From an uncultured Gemmatimonadales bacterium (lineage in GTDB: Bacteria > Gemmatimonadota > Gemmatimonadetes > Longimicrobiales > RSA9), in NCBI GenBank assembly GCA_963708135.1, contig OY970192.1:4352001-4416000 (forward strand): DNA of 64,000 bases, given 5' to 3'. The position numbers and the translations under genes are program-made. Position 1 is the first letter of the stretch; each line of letters opens with the position of its first letter. Below are positions 26,113-35,469 of the stretch, piece after piece. The notes beneath the pieces were generated by a model. That model searched no databases and had not been told where the DNA came from. It saw nothing but the letters and a program-made list of their open reading frames with translations.

Positions 26113-29100
26113 TTATGGCTGCATGCTACGGCGGCCGGCGCGAGACGACAAGGAAGGGGTCTCGGCGGCGCGGGTGCGGAGCCGGCACGCGGGCGGCGGC
26201 AGGAGCTTGCCGGCGGGGACGGGATGCAGCCCGGCCTTCAGGAGAGCGGCGTTCAGATCGGGGATCTCGCGGTCGTTGAGCTCCTTCCACGCGTCCACGG
26301 CCCGGGCCAGCCGGCCGCACTCGTCGGTCCAGGCGGCGAGGCTGGGCTCGGTGGGCGCCATGTCGCCGTTGTCGAGGCCATCGAGCTGGCGGAGGATGGA
26401 GGCGTTGAGCTCGACGAAGTCGGGCGGCGGTGCCGGGCCGCCCCTCCTGCCGAAGGAGCCGCGCCCTCGCTCGCGGCTCCCCGCGAGCGAGTCGAGCGTC
26501 GCCTCGATGCGTTTCGCGGCCGCGGCGACGGCGGTCGATGAAGCCGTCCCGGCCACGGCCTGCTTCACGGCGGCGGCCAGCGCCGCGGCGCTCGCGTGGC
26601 CCTGCCAGGCTTCGGCCGCCCCGTCGTAGAGGGGCATCTGCAACGCGTGCTGGGCGCGCAGGTCCGCCAGCGAGGCGGGCGAGCGGGGGTCGCGGTTTAC
26701 GGTCAGCTTCTGCGTGTAGCTCTTCCCAGCCACCGTCAGCCGCAGCGTGTACTCGCCGGGGAGCGCGAGCGGGCCCTCCGGCGTTGCGGGGGTGAGGGCG
26801 GGGTTCGCGCTGATCGGGAACGAGTGGCGGAACGCCGGCGGCGCGTCGTAGCGCAGGTCCCAGTTGACGCGGTTCAGGCCGACCGCGGTCGGCATGGGGT
26901 GGGGCGTGGCCAGCCAGAAGCTCGGCTCGGGCGGCTCGGCGGCCTCGGCGATCGGCTGTGCGGGTGCGCTCGACAGGTGGCGCACGACACGGCCGTCGCC
27001 GTCCAGCACGTCCAGGCCGATGGCGCCCTGCGGCGCGGCGCCGAGCGAGTAGTAGATCAGCGCGCCGGGCGGCGGGTTGAGCGAGTGCGGCACCTCGGGC
27101 GGGAAGGGCGTGTCCTGGTTGACGTTGCGGCGCACGCGCACGGCGTCGCCGGGGGCGAACAGGTGCGCCGGCTTGGCGGCCAACTCGGGTGTGAGCTGCC
27201 GCAGTGGCGAGATGTCATCGAGGATCCAGATGCCGCGCCCGTAGGTGCCGACAATGAGGTCGTTGTCCTTGATCGCGGCGTCGCGGAACGAGGTGTTGGG
27301 CAGGTTCAGGGCGAGCGACTGCCAGTGGTCGCCGTCGTCGAACGACACGTACATCGAGCTCTCGGTGCCGGCGAAGAGCAGCCCCTTCCGCTCCGTGTCC
27401 TCGCGGATCACGCGGGCGAAGCTGCCGGACGGCTCGTCCGCGGGCAGGCCGTCCACGATCTTCGTCCAGGTCTTGCCGTAATCGCGCGTCCGGTAGAGGT
27501 ACGGCGCGTAGTCGGCCGCGCCGTGCGTGTCGATGGCGACGTAGGCCTCCGCGGGATCCTGGTGCGAGGCCTCGATGGCGGACACGTCGGACAGCGTCGA
27601 GTCGGGCAGAGCGGGGATGGAGACGTCCTCCCATGTCTTCCCCTCGTCCCGGGTCAGCTTGATGAGGCCGTTGTTGGTGCCGACCCAGATGAGGCCGCGG
27701 GCGATAGTGGACGGCGAGATCGCCTCGATGGCGCCGGCCCGCCCGCCGCCGGTGAGGCGGCCGCCTCCGTTCTCCGCCTCGGGCTTCACGCCGCGGGGGT
27801 AGCCGAGATCGGGGCTCAGGCGGGTCCAGTGCATACCGCCGTCCGTCGTCGCCATGAGGTACTGGAAGCCGGCGAAGAGCTCGTGCGGGTTCCATGGCGC
27901 CCAGACGAGCGGGTTGGTGGACGTGGCGCGCAGGTGCAGCGCGGGATCCACGGCCGGGCTCACGTTCACGGTCTGCTCGCTCGGGTAGCTGATGCGCAGG
28001 ATGCCGCCGCCGCTGGCGTAGACCATGTCGGGGTTCTGCGGGTCCGGCGCGATGCTGCCCCACTCCCAGCCGCCGACGGGGTTCCAGTCGAGCGGCGTGA
28101 TCTCGCCGAAGTTGCCGCGGCTGCGCACGCGGATGGCGCCGGCGTCCTGCTGCGGCGCGTAGACCCAGTAGGGGAAGGAGTTGTCGGTCGAGATGTGGTA
28201 GACCTGCTCGGTGGACTGGTTGTACCAGGGGCTCCACGTGCGGCCGCCGTCGAGGCTGACCGTGGCGCCCTGGTCCATCCCCATGAAGATGCGCTGGGCG
28301 TTGGTCGGGTCGATCCAGAGCTGCTGCGGGTCATCACCGCCGGGAGCGCCCTTGAAGCCTGTGAAGGTCTGCCCGCCGTCCGTCGAGACGTAGCTCGAGG
28401 TGTTGAAGGTGTAGACGATGTCCGGGTTTTCGGAGCTCACGTAGACACCGCAGTTGTAGCCGCCCTGGCCGTTGCGGATGCGCGCGTCGGAGGCGTCCAT
28501 CCGTCGCCAGGTCGTGCCGCCATCATCGGACCGGTAGAGCCCGAACTCGCCGATGAGGTAGACGCGCTGCGCGTTGGTGTGCATGGCGACGGCGACGGCC
28601 GTGCGTCCCTCGAGCTTCGGCAGCCCGCCGCCCGCGATCTCGCGCCAGGTGACGCCCGCATCCGTCGACTTGAAGAGGTGTGTGCCGGTGGGCGCGCCGA
28701 AGTAGAAGCCGCGCCGGCGCGAGCCGCCAGGCTCGTTGTAGTGGCGCACGGTGGTGGCGAAGACGACATCCGGGCGGTCGTAGGCGCGGGCGAGCTTCTG
28801 GATGCCGGTCGAGTCGTTCACGAAGAGCGTCTTCGTCCACGTCCTGCCGCCGTCCGTGGAGCGGAACACACCGCGCGCGTCGCTCTTGTGGTGCATGTCG
28901 CCCTGCGCGGCGACGAGGACCACGCCGGGGTTCGAGGGGTCCACGAGGATCGAGGGGATCTGCTTCGTCGCCTCGAGCCCGATGTGCGTCCACGTGCGGC
29001 CGGCGTCCGCGGACCGGTAGACGCCGTCGCCCTCGTTGATCGAGCCGCCCGTGACCATGTCGCCGGTAGCGACGTAGACCACGTTCGGATCCGACGGCGC

Positions 29101-29517
29101 CACCTCGATTGCCCCCACGGAGGACACGCTCCTCACGGAGTCGAAGACGGGCTCCCACGTGATGCCGGCGTTCTCCGTCTTCCAGACGCCGCCCGCCGGC
29201 AGTCCCGCGTAGAAGACGCCCGGCTGCCCGACGGCGCCGGTCACGGCGGCGATGCGGCCGGCGCGCAGCGGCCCGATGTTGCGCCAGACGAGGCCGGCGA
29301 GGAGTTCGGCGGGAAGGGGCGGGCCGACGGTCGCGCCGGTGGGGTCCGGATGGATCGGCCGCGCGGGGGCGGCGCCGGCGCGCGGATCGACGGAGTGCAT
29401 GGCGGGGGCGTCGGCGACGCGCGGCTGGACGGGTCGCGTGGCGCCGAGTGTCAGGAGGGAGGCGGCGGCCAGGCCCACGGCGAGGGCCGGCCGGCGCGGG
29501 GAGTCGGGCAGCATCAT
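26113..29517 (-). CDS. Large secreted BNR/VPS10-like beta-propeller protein (putative glycosyl hydrolase)
   Basis: WRNIGP..AGRI; many S.D.G.TW Asp-box repeats; G.NRV.WDLRY; PG.Y..RLTV. Confidence 0.88.
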   Translation of the reverse strand: MMLPDSPRRPALAVGLAAASLLTLGATRPVQPRVADAPAMHSVDPRAGAAPARPIHPDPTGATVGPPLPAELLAGLVWRNIGPLRAGRIAAVTGAVGQPGVFYAGLPAGGVWKTENAGITWEPVFDSVRSVSSVGAIEVAPSDPNVVYVATGDMVTGGSINEGDGVYRSADAGRTWTHIGLEATKQIPSILVDPSNPGVVLVAAQGDMHHKSDARGVFRSTDGGRTWTKTLFVNDSTGIQKLARAYDRPDVVFATTVRHYNEPGGSRRRGFYFGAPTGTHLFKSTDAGVTWREIAGGGLPKLEGRTAVAVAMHTNAQRVYLIGEFGLYRSDDGGTTWRRMDASDARIRNGQGGYNCGVYVSSENPDIVYTFNTSSYVSTDGGQTFTGFKGAPGGDDPQQLWIDPTNAQRIFMGMDQGATVSLDGGRTWSPWYNQSTEQVYHISTDNSFPYWVYAPQQDAGAIRVRSRGNFGEITPLDWNPVGGWEWGSIAPDPQNPDMVYASGGGILRISYPSEQTVNVSPAVDPALHLRATSTNPLVWAPWNPHELFAGFQYLMATTDGGMHWTRLSPDLGYPRGVKPEAENGGGRLTGGGRAGAIEAISPSTIARGLIWVGTNNGLIKLTRDEGKTWEDVSIPALPDSTLSDVSAIEASHQDPAEAYVAIDTHGAADYAPYLYRTRDYGKTWTKIVDGLPADEPSGSFARVIREDTERKGLLFAGTESSMYVSFDDGDHWQSLALNLPNTSFRDAAIKDNDLIVGTYGRGIWILDDISPLRQLTPELAAKPAHLFAPGDAVRVRRNVNQDTPFPPEVPHSLNPPPGALIYYSLGAAPQGAIGLDVLDGDGRVVRHLSSAPAQPIAEAAEPPEPSFWLATPHPMPTAVGLNRVNWDLRYDAPPAFRHSFPISANPALTPATPEGPLALPGEYTLRLTVAGKSYTQKLTVNRDPRSPASLADLRAQHALQMPLYDGAAEAWQGHASAAALAAAVKQAVAGTASSTAVAAAAKRIEATLDSLAGSRERGRGSFGRRGGPAPPPDFVELNASILRQLDGLDNGDMAPTEPSLAAWTDECGRLARAVDAWKELNDREIPDLNAALLKAGLHPVPAGKLLPPPACRLRTRAAETPSLSSRAGRRSMQP

Positions 29518-29767
29518 CGTGCTCGCTTCTGCGGGGACCTGGTGGACCGGGCCAGAATAGCGGGAACGCATCCGGCCCGACAGAGACGCAGAGTGAGCTA
29601 CGTCGGGCGCGGCGCCGCGGTTGGGGGCCGCGCGGCAATGCCATGCAGCCCACGGACTTCCTTGACCGTCTCTTGCGGCCGGCCTTACACTCGCTCCGTC
29701 CGTGCAGCACCCCACCGATCGTTCGAGCGGACCCGCTCGGCTGGACCCCCCAACCCGGAGGAGCCCG

Positions 29768-30154
29768 ATGTCGGTCGAACGTACCAGGAAAGTGCTGGAA
29801 TCGTACTGGCGCGAGCACGACCCAAGCCACGTCGCGGAGGACGCCGTCTTCGTCATGCAGCCGACGGGCGAGGAGATCCGCGGCCGGCAGGCGATCGCCG
29901 AACACCTCGACGCCTTCTACCACATCACGCTCGATGCCCACGCGGAGGTCGTGAACTCGGTCTTCGCCGACGGCAAGGGCGTGCTCGAGGCGGTCGTGGT
30001 CGGCAAGCACACCGGCGCCTTCGCCGGGATCCCGGGCACCGGCCGGGACGTGCGCGTCCCGCTCTGCGTCTGCTACGACGTGGACGGCGACCTGATCCGG
30101 CGGGCGCGCATCTACCTCATGGCGAACGTGCTGATCCAGCAGATTTCGGGGTGA
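29768..30154 (+). CDS. SnoaL-like ester cyclase family protein
   Basis: GGAGGAG RBS; G.HTG.FAGIP.TGR.V.VP motif. Confidence 0.88.
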   Translation: MSVERTRKVLESYWREHDPSHVAEDAVFVMQPTGEEIRGRQAIAEHLDAFYHITLDAHAEVVNSVFADGKGVLEAVVVGKHTGAFAGIPGTGRDVRVPLCVCYDVDGDLIRRARIYLMANVLIQQISG

Positions 30155-30287
30155 GGCGCCCGCCGGAACCGCGCCGCCCGGCCGGGCGGCGCAGGGGTAC
30201 CGGATGTCGGGAGTTCCGGAAGACCCGCGTATGTAGGATGAGGAGGGATCACCCCGATCCTGCCGGTCCTCTACGTGGAGGTGGGCA

Positions 30288-30671
30288 ATGCGACGCGTCA
30301 CGTCTTGGGTGCTACTGGGTGGCGCGGCCTGGGTCCTGGCCGCGTGCTCCGGCGACGCGGTGACGGCACCCACGGGCGCCAGCTCACGGATAGCGGCCTC
30401 CCAGGTCGCCGGACAGGCCGCTCCGCTACCCCAGGGGAGCTGCCAGTACTCGGACCCCGGTACGGGAACCTACCCGGTGGTCGTGTCGTGGTCCGGAATG
30501 AAGGTGACTCGAATCGATGTGTTCGACGGCGCGGGCAACCCCCTCTCGCAGACGGTGCTGGGGCATTCCGGGCGGAAGGGATCGCTGTCCCTGACCGAGA
30601 ACGGCCAGCCGGCGACTGCGGAGATCTTCGGCACGACCATCGGGCTGAAGGTACTCTGCTCGGCGGGCTGA
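30288..30671 (+). CDS. Hypothetical lipoprotein
   Basis: GGAGGT RBS; lipobox VLAAC. Confidence 0.7.
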   Translation: MRRVTSWVLLGGAAWVLAACSGDAVTAPTGASSRIAASQVAGQAAPLPQGSCQYSDPGTGTYPVVVSWSGMKVTRIDVFDGAGNPLSQTVLGHSGRKGSLSLTENGQPATAEIFGTTIGLKVLCSAG

Positions 30672-30867
30672 GCCGCGGCGTCGGCGCGATCACTCGAGGC
30701 CTCCCGGCACCACGAGTGTCGTGGGGGCTTCGGCGGCCGGCCGGATCCGGCCGGCCGTGAGCGAGATCGTGCACCCGGGCGCAGGGGACGCCGAGGTGGG
30801 CTGGACCACGGGCGGGCGCCGCGCTATATTACCGCTCAGTTGATCTATTGCGGAAGGAGCGGCGCGG

Positions 30868-31071
30868 ATGCCGATGTACGACTACGAGTGCCTGGCGTGC
30901 GGGCACCGTTACGAGGAGTTGCGTCGGATGGCGGAGCGGCAGGCGGCGAGGCCGTGTCCGTCGTGCGGGAGCGTGGAGACGGAGCTGGCGGTTTCGGCGC
31001 CGGCGGTGTTCGGCGGTGGGGGTGCGCCGCTGAACTACGGCTCATCGGGGAACTGCTTCAGCGGTGGCTGA
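30868..31071 (+). CDS. FmdB-family zinc-ribbon protein
   Basis: MPMYDYECLACG..YE...CPSCGS; AAGGAG RBS. Confidence 0.9.
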   Translation: MPMYDYECLACGHRYEELRRMAERQAARPCPSCGSVETELAVSAPAVFGGGGAPLNYGSSGNCFSGG

Positions 31072-31436
31072 GGCATCGGCTGAGCCGCCGGTCGGCGGCA
31101 GGAGCAGTTGCGGCGCGCGCCGGTCCGTGATGGGCCGGCGCGCGGTGCATCTGGGGGTGAGGGATCGGGCAGCGGGAGGGGGTCGGAAGACGGGCAGAGC
31201 GAGGCATGGAGGAGGGGCACGGGGACGGGAACGAGCAGGGGCACGGGGCCGGGAAGGGATACACGGGCGTTGTGGGGGCGTGGCGGTGGCGGGTAGCTTC
31301 GAGGATGTGCGAGGGCCGGAGCCGGGTTGCGGCCGTGGCGAGGCCGGGGCCGATCGGGCCATGGCAGTGCCCCGGCCGGCGGTGTAACGAAAGGACGCGG
31401 GAGGCAAAGGTGACGAACCGCGAGGGAGAGGCCCCC

Positions 31437-32012
31437 ATGTCCACGCAGCCGCGGCGGCGGTTGAGGCCGGAAGAGTACCTGGAGGCGGAGCGCCGCGCGG
31501 AGCGGAAGAGCGAGTACTACGCGGGCGAGGTGTTCGCGCTGGCCGGGGCGAGCCGGGAGCACAACCTGCTCGTGACGAACCTGGTGGCCGGCCTGGCCAC
31601 GCGGCTCCGGGGCGGTCCGTGCGAGGTGTATCCGAGCGACATGCGGGTGAAGGTCCGGGCGAGCGGGTTGTACACCTACCCGGATGTCACGGTGGTCTGC
31701 GGCGAGCCGGAGCTAGAGGACGAGCATCTGGATACGCTGTTGAACCCGACGCTGCTGATCGAGGTCCTGTCTGCCTCGACCGAGCGACACGATCGCGGCT
31801 TCAAGGCGGACCATTACCGGCGGCTGGAAACGCTGCGGGAGTATCTGCTGGTCCCGCAGGAGGAGCCCCGGATCGAGCGTTACCGCCGGCGCGGCGAGCG
31901 CGAGTGGCTCCTGACGGAATTCCGGGGCCTCGAGGGCGTGATCGAGCTGGACTCCGTCGGCTGCTCGCTCGAGGCGGCGGAGGTGTTCGAGAGGGTGTTC
32001 GGCGCGGCGTAG
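31437..32012 (+). CDS. Uma2/DUF820 family PD-(D/E)XK endonuclease-like protein
   Basis: EEYL..ER....EY..G, YPDV.VVC, NP.L.IEVLS.ST...DRG.K, EYLLV. Confidence 0.93.
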   Translation: MSTQPRRRLRPEEYLEAERRAERKSEYYAGEVFALAGASREHNLLVTNLVAGLATRLRGGPCEVYPSDMRVKVRASGLYTYPDVTVVCGEPELEDEHLDTLLNPTLLIEVLSASTERHDRGFKADHYRRLETLREYLLVPQEEPRIERYRRRGEREWLLTEFRGLEGVIELDSVGCSLEAAEVFERVFGAA

Positions 32013-32260
32013 GAGAGTCGAGACACCGGAAGCTGGCGCGGAGCCCTCGTCATGAGCGCGAGTGCGCCGCCGTTCTGGACTCATGAGCCGGCAGCTCTTC
32101 TGACGGCACGGCGGCTGGCGCGGCTGAACGCGTCGCTCCAGTCCGGCTTCGACTAGCGGGATGCGGGGTGCGGCGCGGGGGGGCGGCGCTCGCGGCGCGG
32201 GGGAGGGACTCGTAGCTTCCGGGGGTTCGAATCACGAGTCTCAAACCGCAGAGACGCACG

Positions 32261-33526
32261 ATGTTCGTCGCCCTGCTTGCCGCCTCGGTGCTCGCCGCGA
32301 GCCCACCTGCGGGGCCGGGTCTGGCCGGCGCACGCGCTCGCCCGCGGCCGTCTTCGGCCGACACCTCCCTCTCCCGCGCCGTCGCGCAGGCCGACTCGCT
32401 CATCTCGGCCGCCATTGCGGACAGCCTGGTTCCGGGGGCGGTGCTGCTGGTGGCGCGCGACGGGAAGGTGGTTCACCAGCGGGCGTTCGGCGTCCGCCAG
32501 TTGTACGCGTATCCGATGCGTCGCCTGGAGGAGCCGCCGCCGATGCGGGTCTCGACGGTGTTCGACCTGGCGTCGGTGACGAAGGTGATGGCGACGACGA
32601 TGGCGGTGATGCTGCTGGTGGACCGCGGCAAGGTGGACCTGGACGCGCCGCTCTACCGCTACCTGCCGGAGTTCCGCGGGCCGCACAGGGACAGCATCCG
32701 CGTGCGCCACCTCCTGCAGCATTCGGCGGGTCTCGTGCAGTGGCAGCCGCTCTACTACCACGCGTCCACGCCGGCGGAGACGTACGCGGAGATCCGCCGG
32801 ATACCGCTCCGCTGGGGGGTGGGCGAGGGGCGCCACTACAGCGACCTGGGGTTCATGCTGCTCGGCTTCATGGTCGAACGGGTGACGGGGCAGCGGCTGG
32901 ACGCCTTCCTGCGCGCGAACCTCTACGATCCGCTCGGGCTCCGCTCCACGGGCTTCCGGCCGCGCGGGCCGCACGGCGCGGCGTGGGCGCTCGGCGCGCG
33001 GGACTTCGCGGCGACGGAGCAGGGCAACGGCTACGAGCGCCACATGGTCTACGACAGCGCGTTCGGCTACTACGTCCCGGGCGATCCACATTCGTGGGAC
33101 GGCTGGCGCCGACGCACGCTGGTCGGCGAGGTGGACGACGGGAACGCGTGGTACGCGAACGGCGGCGTCGCCGGGCACGCGGGGCTGTTCTCGGACGCGG
33201 CGGATCTGCGAGTACTGCTGCGCCTGCTGCTCGACGGCGGCACGTACGGCGGGCGTCGCTACCTGAAGCAGGCGACGATCCGCACGTTCCTCGCGCGCGA
33301 CCGCTACGGCAACTACCTGGGATGGGAGGATCCGGCCGACACGCCGCCGGGCACGTTCTCCCACAACGGCTTCACGGGGACCTACGTGCTCGCCATCCCG
33401 GCCAGCGGCGTGGCCGTCGTGCTGCTCACGAACCGGCAGAACGCGGGCACCGACGCGCGCGGCTACTTCCCGGACGTGGGGCCGCTCCAGCGCGCGGTCA
33501 CGCAGGTGATGGCGGCGGTCCGATAG
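32261..33526 (+). CDS. Serine hydrolase, beta-lactamase-related family
   Basis: FDLASVTK (SxxK), LLQHSAGL, YSDLG, AGHAGLFS, HNGFTG; signal peptide. Confidence 0.92.
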   Translation: MFVALLAASVLAASPPAGPGLAGARARPRPSSADTSLSRAVAQADSLISAAIADSLVPGAVLLVARDGKVVHQRAFGVRQLYAYPMRRLEEPPPMRVSTVFDLASVTKVMATTMAVMLLVDRGKVDLDAPLYRYLPEFRGPHRDSIRVRHLLQHSAGLVQWQPLYYHASTPAETYAEIRRIPLRWGVGEGRHYSDLGFMLLGFMVERVTGQRLDAFLRANLYDPLGLRSTGFRPRGPHGAAWALGARDFAATEQGNGYERHMVYDSAFGYYVPGDPHSWDGWRRRTLVGEVDDGNAWYANGGVAGHAGLFSDAADLRVLLRLLLDGGTYGGRRYLKQATIRTFLARDRYGNYLGWEDPADTPPGTFSHNGFTGTYVLAIPASGVAVVLLTNRQNAGTDARGYFPDVGPLQRAVTQVMAAVR

Positions 33527-33553
33527 CGGCGTGGTCCGGAAGGGAGGCATGCG

Positions 33554-34254
33554 ATGAGACGGGCGTGGTGGCGGCGTGACGGTGTGTCGCTGGCGCTCGC
33601 GCTGGTGGCGTTCGCCGCGTCCGGCTGCGGTGCCGGCGACGCGGGGCGGCCGGCGTCCTTGCCCGAGACGGCCGAAGCGGCGGGCGGTGGGGCCGCGGTG
33701 GGGCCGGAGGGCGCGGCCTCGAGGGTGCAGCGGCCGCGACGCTACGACTGCCGGCGCGATACGGCGCTCATGCTGGCGGCGCCGGTGGCGGCGGCGGACA
33801 CGGTGGGGTTGGGCGAGGCGGTGGCGGCGGCGTTTCCCGGCTGGCGGCCGAGCACGCTGCGGGAGATGGCGTGCCGGTTCCCGCTGACGGACGGCTCGCG
33901 GCCGGAGGACTTCTGGCCGGACGACTGGGACTCGGGGCGGGTGTGGTGGAGCTGGAACGGTGACTTCGACGGCGACGGCGCGCCGGACCGGCTGCTGGTG
34001 CTGACGTCGGCGGCGGATCCCTCGCAGGACCAGCTGGGCGTGCTGTTCGGCGGCGGGCGTTCCGCCGTGGTGGCGCCGCTGGGCGGGTGGGGCGTCGAGA
34101 TCCGGCCGGCGGCTCGGTGGTGCAGGACGTAAACCCGGCGGCGAACCCGATCGAGCTGGGCGGCGACGCGATCGTGATCGTCGCGTGGGAGAAGGGGGCG
34201 GAGCTCTACTACTGGACGGGCGACGGCTTCTCCTGGATCACCATCTCCGGCTGA
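33554..34254 (+). pseudogene. Lipoprotein interrupted by a single-base frameshift near 34111 (pseudogene or sequencing error)
   Basis: Lipobox ASGC and GDFDGDGAPD loop. The -1 frame from 34111 continues in host codon usage (GSVVQD...AWEKGAELYYWTGDGFSWITISG) to a stop at 34252-54. Confidence 0.7.
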
Positions 34255-35465
34255 GGCTCGCCGACGCACTCAAGCAGGATGCCGGCGAGCACGGCGACGT
34301 AGGGGCGGGGCGCGAAGCGCGCCACGGCGAGCGCGCGGTTGCGGCCGCCCATGGCGCGGCGCAGCTCGGGGTCGGTGGCGAGACTCGCGAGCGCCGCAGC
34401 CAGCGCGGCGGCATCGCCCGGCGGCACGAAGCGGGTGTTCGCACCCTCCTCCAGGATCTCCGGGAGCGCGCCGACGGGCGTGACCACCAGGGCGAGTCCC
34501 GCGGCCATTGCCTCCAGCACGCTCGTGGGCAGCCCCTCCGAGTACGACGGCAGCGCGAAGAGGTCGGCGCCCGCGAGCAGCCGGGCGATCCCCGGCCTGT
34601 CGAGGGCGCCGACGTGCTCGACGCGGCCGGGGTAGCGCGCCCGGAGCTCATCCCACCTCTCCCGCAGCCGCGGACCGGCGACGGGCAGCGGCTGGCCCGA
34701 GGCCTCGCCGAAGAGGATGTTGCGCTCGCGCTCGAGCCACTCGCCGGCGAAGGCGAGGGTGGCGCCGGGGACCGCATCGAGCACGGCGGGCGCGGCGTCG
34801 AGCATCGCGGCGAAGCCCTTGGCCACGCTCAGGTGGCCGACGTAGACGATGCGCAGGGGGAGGGTGGGGGCGCCGGGCCCGCGCGCGCGGTCGAGCAGCT
34901 CGAGGTCGACGGGGTTGTGGAGCACGCGCAGCCGTTCCGGCGGCACGAGGCCGTCGAAGTGGCCGCGGAAGCGCTCGGCGAGGACGATGACGCGGTCGCA
35001 GCGGGCGAGCACGAAGGCGATGAGCGCGCGCAGGGGAGCGGAGGCGTGGCGGTGGAAGTTCCGGAAGTTGCCGCCGCGCACGTGCGCGACGAGGCGGGCG
35101 CCGGCGAGCCGCGCGGTGAGCGCGATCGCGGCGTCGCGGAGGAAGCCGGAGCGGTTCTGCGAGAGGCAGAAGTAGACCACGCGCGGGCGGTGGCGGGCGA
35201 GCGTCCAGGCCAGCCGTGCCCAGATCCGGGCGAGCGCCAGGACGGCGCGGGCGTCGATGCCGCCCTTCTGCCGGTTGTGGCGGCGGATGTTGGTGGACAC
35301 GTGATGGACGCGCAGGTCGGGGCCGAGCCCGAGACGGAGAATGAGCTCGCTGTTGACCTCCGGACCCGCGTAGGGCGGCGGCGTCGGGACGGCGAGGAGG
35401 ACGTCGACCGGCATCAGCGGGCGGGCGCCGGGCGTGGCACCGGTCGATGGGCCAGGGCGGCGCAT
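34209..35465 (-). CDS. Glycosyltransferase family 4
   Basis: YVGHL...KG, LPSYSEGLP.SVLEAMAAG, VGALPE. The alternative start is 35414. Confidence 0.92.
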   Translation of the reverse strand: MRRPGPSTGATPGARPLMPVDVLLAVPTPPPYAGPEVNSELILRLGLGPDLRVHHVSTNIRRHNRQKGGIDARAVLALARIWARLAWTLARHRPRVVYFCLSQNRSGFLRDAAIALTARLAGARLVAHVRGGNFRNFHRHASAPLRALIAFVLARCDRVIVLAERFRGHFDGLVPPERLRVLHNPVDLELLDRARGPGAPTLPLRIVYVGHLSVAKGFAAMLDAAPAVLDAVPGATLAFAGEWLERERNILFGEASGQPLPVAGPRLRERWDELRARYPGRVEHVGALDRPGIARLLAGADLFALPSYSEGLPTSVLEAMAAGLALVVTPVGALPEILEEGANTRFVPPGDAAALAAALASLATDPELRRAMGGRNRALAVARFAPRPYVAVLAGILLECVGEPQPEMVIQEKPSPVQ

Positions 35466-35469
35466 GGCA

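Noticed and set aside
32052..32156. 34-codon ORF MSASAPPFW after Uma2
   Set aside because: Atypical codons and no recognisable motif.
32221..32240. GGTTCGAATC, resembling a tRNA T-loop
   Set aside because: No T-stem pairing, acceptor stem or cloverleaf.
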